DNA of 63,813 nucleotides, the filler included, from Asterionella formosa (lineage: Eukaryota): the NCBI GenBank assembly GCA_002256025.1. It is 2 parts of 2 records of this genome, joined end to end, with 100 filler letters (N's around TTAATTAATTAA, not from the genome) between each part and the next. Parts side by side here need not be neighbours in the genome. Positions count along the whole stretch, not along the records: positions 31,973 to 63,813 come from NKIB01000572.1; 1 more part is not named here. One strand, given 5' to 3'. Shown piece by piece: positions 59,506-63,813 of the stretch. The notes beneath the pieces were generated by a model that saw only the letters and a program-made list of their open reading frames with translations, was not told the origin of the DNA and searched no databases. Position numbers and translations under genes: made by a program. How positions within the stretch are numbered: the first letter of the stretch is position 1; each line of letters begins with the position of its first letter.

Positions 59506-61401
59506 TCAAGAATTTCTTGTGTAGCAAGCGAAAAAGCCCTGAATGGCACTAATAATCTCTGCCTTGACCTCTGGAGTTATGTCCTGTGTTTCCTCAATAG
59601 TCTTCGCGGCTTGTGGCGTCGTCGAGATTACGTGCTTTAACAATTCGTTCATGACCAGTTTGCCTTCGGGGGTTCCTGCCAAGCCTCCGGCATCGATCGT
59701 TACATCCAATGCACCGGACGAAGCCGCCAAGAGAGCAACGCATGATTCCGCTAAATTTCGTCCACCTTCACCAGGTTCTTGGTGCATCGCCAACAACCAG
59801 GCATCTCGCTTTTTCCTTTGCTTAGTCGTCGCGACCGTCATTGCGGCTCCCTCCATGTTCGCAGCTTGCGACAGATCTAAACGAAGCCCTTCGACAATAC
59901 GTCGGATGGCAGGAGCATCTGCTCTCGATTCTGTATCCGCACCAATCCCAATTCTAGTGACGCTTCGTTGAGGATCCATAGCTGGACGTTGACCAGCAGC
60001 TTTCAAGCGCTCGTCTAACCATATTTGACCATCGGACATGCTCATGAGGTCGTCCACATGTTGCAAGACCAGTCGACGCTTTCCTTCTGAAATGGATGGG
60101 AGTGGAATATTAATTTTTCTCAAGGTGGCGGCTTTCAAGGGTATTTTCTTCCCGACTAGCAAATCAATGCGAGACTTGAAGTTTGTCCCATAATTTTCAA
60201 ATTGTGATTGTTCGTATAAAGTATCTTCGCCGTCGTCATCAGAAGGAATTTGTGTCAACATGGTCAACGTGACAGAACCTCCACCCTTGCTTGATTTGAA
60301 GCAACCTGCACGCTGAATAAGAGCTGAAAAGAAACCACGCATTTCTGACGAGGCTCCACCATCGCGATCATCTTTAACGACAGAATCCATCCCAAAAACG
60401 TCCACCAAGACTCGAGTAGTAGCATCCCACAAGACCTTTAGTGGATCTATGTTGTCTACAATCACTAACGCATCTACCCCATGCTTATGTGCGTATGTTT
60501 CTGCAATCGCGCACGCACATGCAGCAATCGCCGTTGCTTCGGCAGCCTTGGCTACGGGATCCTTCGTTTCGTACCCATCTCGCGGTGCCACCACCACGAT
60601 GTTATCCATCAAACCAGCCGCCTTGAGTTGAGCCAGAGCGATTTCCTTCTCATGAGTACACGCATAAATGCACTTTATGTTTGATTTCTTGACTTGCGTC
60701 GACAAAAAGTCTCTAGTCATCCCCCGTAAGTCCTCGTTATCTGCCCCAATCACCAACATGTTTTGCCCCTTGCCAATCGGGGCGAGTGAATCAAACATAG
60801 TCGATCCTGTCAACATTGGCGAGTTAATGAGCGCAATATCAGCGACCTGAGGAATAGGGCTAAAGATAGCTCGCTCCTCCCCATCATTTAGTGTAGATAG
60901 CGGCAACCCAAAGCAGTCGACAACTTGCATGTCGTCAGTGACCGTCACCTTCGTCCTTTCCGCCGAAACAGCAACGGAACCATCCGGTGCTTCGTCGTCG
61001 AGATCGCTGCTGTACACAAAGAGGATCGGAGGACGCTGTGCCACGACCATGCCGGTAGCGCCGTTTCCGAACGTTACGGTACGCCCAATCAAGTCATCGC
61101 CATTGTTGTTGGCGCGAGGTGATATGCCCGAAGGCTTCGGGGCAAGTGCGAAAGGAGAATTCAGGTCGGTAGATGGTGTCATGAGATCGTCTCGCAGCTG
61201 GATGGCGGCGAGACCGCCGCGGAAGTACGATACGATTGCGCCCTTGGCAACTGTTTCAACTGTTTTGGGAACTTCGGGAGCAACAGCGGAGCAGAGAGAA
61301 GAAGAAAACCTCCTGGGATGTGCAGGTGACCAGCCTTGTACAGAGGCAAGGGGCCACGCACACACGCTGCTGATAATGGCAAGGGGATGTAGCTTCATCA
61401 T
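59506..61401 (-). CDS. Nucleus-encoded, probably plastid-targeted F1 ATP synthase alpha-like protein lacking Walker A
   Basis: PMLTG..FDSLAPIGKGQ, LIQRA, GGGSVT, SMSDGQIWL, GQRPA...SVTRIG; signal peptide ending VQG-WSP. Confidence 0.85.
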   Translation of the reverse strand: MMKLHPLAIISSVCAWPLASVQGWSPAHPRRFSSSLCSAVAPEVPKTVETVAKGAIVSYFRGGLAAIQLRDDLMTPSTDLNSPFALAPKPSGISPRANNNGDDLIGRTVTFGNGATGMVVAQRPPILFVYSSDLDDEAPDGSVAVSAERTKVTVTDDMQVVDCFGLPLSTLNDGEERAIFSPIPQVADIALINSPMLTGSTMFDSLAPIGKGQNMLVIGADNEDLRGMTRDFLSTQVKKSNIKCIYACTHEKEIALAQLKAAGLMDNIVVVAPRDGYETKDPVAKAAEATAIAACACAIAETYAHKHGVDALVIVDNIDPLKVLWDATTRVLVDVFGMDSVVKDDRDGGASSEMRGFFSALIQRAGCFKSSKGGGSVTLTMLTQIPSDDDGEDTLYEQSQFENYGTNFKSRIDLLVGKKIPLKAATLRKINIPLPSISEGKRRLVLQHVDDLMSMSDGQIWLDERLKAAGQRPAMDPQRSVTRIGIGADTESRADAPAIRRIVEGLRLDLSQAANMEGAAMTVATTKQRKKRDAWLLAMHQEPGEGGRNLAESCVALLAASSGALDVTIDAGGLAGTPEGKLVMNELLKHVISTTPQAAKTIEETQDITPEVKAEIISAIQGFFACYTRNS

Positions 61402-61805
61402 GAGGTTACTTTTCGAATGATTGTGAGAATGTTGATGTTGATACAGTGCTCGTTGCCGTAAGTATCGAGTTCCGATGCTCAGGCGCATAGAATGGATGGA
61501 AGGTGAGGGTTTGCAACTCGATGGAAGGTGAAGGTTTGCAACTCAATCGAAGTTGATTAACCAGAGGGGATCTAGACTGACTACCGGTACCAGTACCGGT
61601 ATGTGCTTCAATGTATATGATTCAATGAGGAGCAAACAGATTTGGTTGTCAACAGGAGCGAGTAGTCTAGCGATATGAGTACCGGTATGTATGTATGCCG
61701 GTACCGGTACCTGGTAGTCCATGCATCATTGATTCACAAATATAGAGAATTTTCGTCGTGAATGGAACAAGCAACATGGCAGAGAATCATGACACTCTCT
61801 ACCTA

Positions 61806-62215
61806 TGTTGAAATGGTCCGTACTCCTTCCCGCGGGCTGGGTCTCTCTTCACGTAGACTCTTACGTGATCGTAGTACTACCTAGTACTACTTACTTTCTC
61901 TCTTGTCTCTGCTTCTAGCCTTCCTGCTAGATAGACTAATTGACCTTCCTGTCAATTAACACACTGTTTCCTCGGTTGATAATCTAAAACTCAAATTAAA
62001 TTATAAGCTAAACTAAATGTTTCCTTTCCATGCATCTTTGCTTCCTGCAAAGTCATTCTAAGACTCTCTTCGAGTTTCCACTTAACATTTCCATAGAAAT
62101 CTTCAATCTTTGATATCGTTAGACAGCTGATTGACATGGCAATGAAATATTCGACTCGTTCGATTACAATCGGCCGAGTCCATTATCCTTGTGATTCGGG
62201 CTAATATTCTTGACA
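61806..62215 (-). mobile_element. 3' LTR of copia retrotransposon (410 bp)
   Basis: TG...CA ends (TGTTGAAAT / ATTCTTGACA); polypurine tract GGGGAGGA directly upstream on minus strand. Confidence 0.75.
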
Positions 62216-63813
62216 TCCTCCCCATTACCACGCTCAAGAGGCTGGAACATCGTTCCACTCTGAACTGGTTCTGACAATCTCATGTGAATCTTCACGTTCT
62301 TAGCTAGTCATCATGTCCGCAAAATTATCTTCCGACCTTATAAAAATTACCTCCAATTCTTCATCCTCAATCATGTCCTTTACATGATGATACTTAATAT
62401 CAATATGTTTTGTCCTGGTTCCGATTTGCTGATTCTTCGCGATAAAAATAGCTCCTGTGTTGTCTTCTTGTAGGATACTTGGTAACATGACCTTACCACC
62501 AGTAACCTCATTCAGTAGCATTGCTATGAACTTGATCTCTTGTCCACACTGGGACATCCCCACATACTCGGCTTCCACGCTGGACAGCGTAACTGTTTGT
62601 TGTCCTTTCGACTGCCAACTGATAAGTGCCCCGCCAATAGTAACAAGATAGCCAGTCATGCTCTTCCTGTTAACCTTATTAGCAGCCCAGTCACTGTCCA
62701 CGTAGGCAATGACTCTTAACTCTTTTGGCTTATGCAATTTGAGAACTGTATCCTCCATATTGGATAGGTAACCAATGAATCGCGCCACTGCATGCCATTG
62801 TTCTTCACCTGCTGGGCAGCTCAAATGAGCCGATAATTCCCAAACCGCATTCGCACAGTCTGGCGAATCCTTCTTTGTAGACCATAATAACTTGCCCTCA
62901 ATTTTTCGATATTCTCCTTCCATAATGACTTCACCGTCATTCTTGTTCAATGTCTTTCCTGGTACGCCCGGCATTGCTTACGACTTAATTTTCATACCGG
63001 TCAACTTCTCGTATTCGTGTAGAAGTTGCATACGAAATTTCTGCATCTGCACCTCCCAGTATTCACCATACTTGTCCTCTTTCCAAGCATATTCCACTCC
63101 TAGGTGTTTCTGTAGAATACCCTGCTTGGTAATATTGAAATCTTCCTTGATAACATTTTTCATATACTCCACTGCACTTGGAGTCCCACATACAATACCG
63201 TCATCCACGTAATTAACAAGTAGACCATCAATTTGTCCATCCTTGTTCCGGTGCATAAATAACATAGGGTCGATCTTGCTCTTCGTCATACCTGGTTTAT
63301 TGGTGACACATTTCGCAAACGTCCTGGACCAGCATCGTGGAGCTTGTACTATCCCGTACATAGCCTTCACAAGCTTGCAAACATGTGTATCGGAATCGAC
63401 TCCGATCAAACCTTGAGGGGGCTCAATATAAATGTCCTCATCGACGTCAGCATTTAGAAATGCTGCTTCCACATCAATAGCCTCCGCTCGCCAACCGTTG
63501 TACATCGTCACTGCGAGTACCGTTTTGATTGTCGCATCGCTTGCAACTGGAGCAAATGTCTCAGTAAAATCGACACCTGGAATTTGCTCATATCCCTTCA
63601 CGACCAATCTTGCCTTGTAAATGGTCTTCCCGGTTAACACATCTTCTTTAATTCGAAACACCCATCTCGTTTTTAGTGTTCGCTTCTTAACAGTATCACG
63701 TTTGACAACTTTCCACACTCCTCTCGACTGGAAGTTTTCATATTCTTTGTTGATCGCCTTGATCCACTCTTTCTTGTCTGGTCTTGCCATTGCTTCATCG
63801 TAGCTTGTTGGTA
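62216..63813 (-). mobile_element. Ty1/copia (CoDi-like) pol: RT and RNase H, inactivated, runs off the window
   Basis: YKARLVVKGY, DVEAAFLN, KAMYG, YVDD, YVDSDWA, SSVEAEY, EDNTGA, TKHIDIKYH; stop at 62978 and 4-bp insertion near 62301. Confidence 0.95.

Overview
Eukaryotic nuclear DNA, most likely a diatom (short GT-AG introns, bipartite plastid-targeting presequences, CoDi-like copia and Ambal-like LINE relics). About 16 protein-coding genes: two paralogous orphan disordered proteins, a protein with an unrecognised repeated ~80-aa domain, a SET-domain methyltransferase, a class I SAM methyltransferase, a PH + RelA/SpoT-like nucleotidyltransferase + TPR protein, VTC1, PP2C, SNIP1/Pml1-like FHA protein, TMEM53-like, PPPDE/DeSI peptidase, a membrane-anchored TKL kinase, a sulfotransferase on a long repetitive stalk and a plastid-targeted F1 alpha-like protein lacking the P-loop. 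Intergenic DNA is rich in mobile-element debris: pogo-like transposase relic, decayed LINE, copia 3' end with LTR, Stowaway-like and TTAA (Kolobok-like) MITEs nested in each other, and a tRNA-derived SINE with a 16-bp target-site duplication whose 3' tail matches a nearby LINE-like fragment. Most unusual: a 439-bp TIR element whose + strand folds into a long hairpin with four CGAG/CGAG tandem G.A motifs and a four-G-run telomeric loop; the PH-RelA/SpoT-like gene; and TA-to-TAGCTA insertions that look like excision footprints. One artificial scaffold gap at 31873-31972. All calls are by eye; no searches were run.
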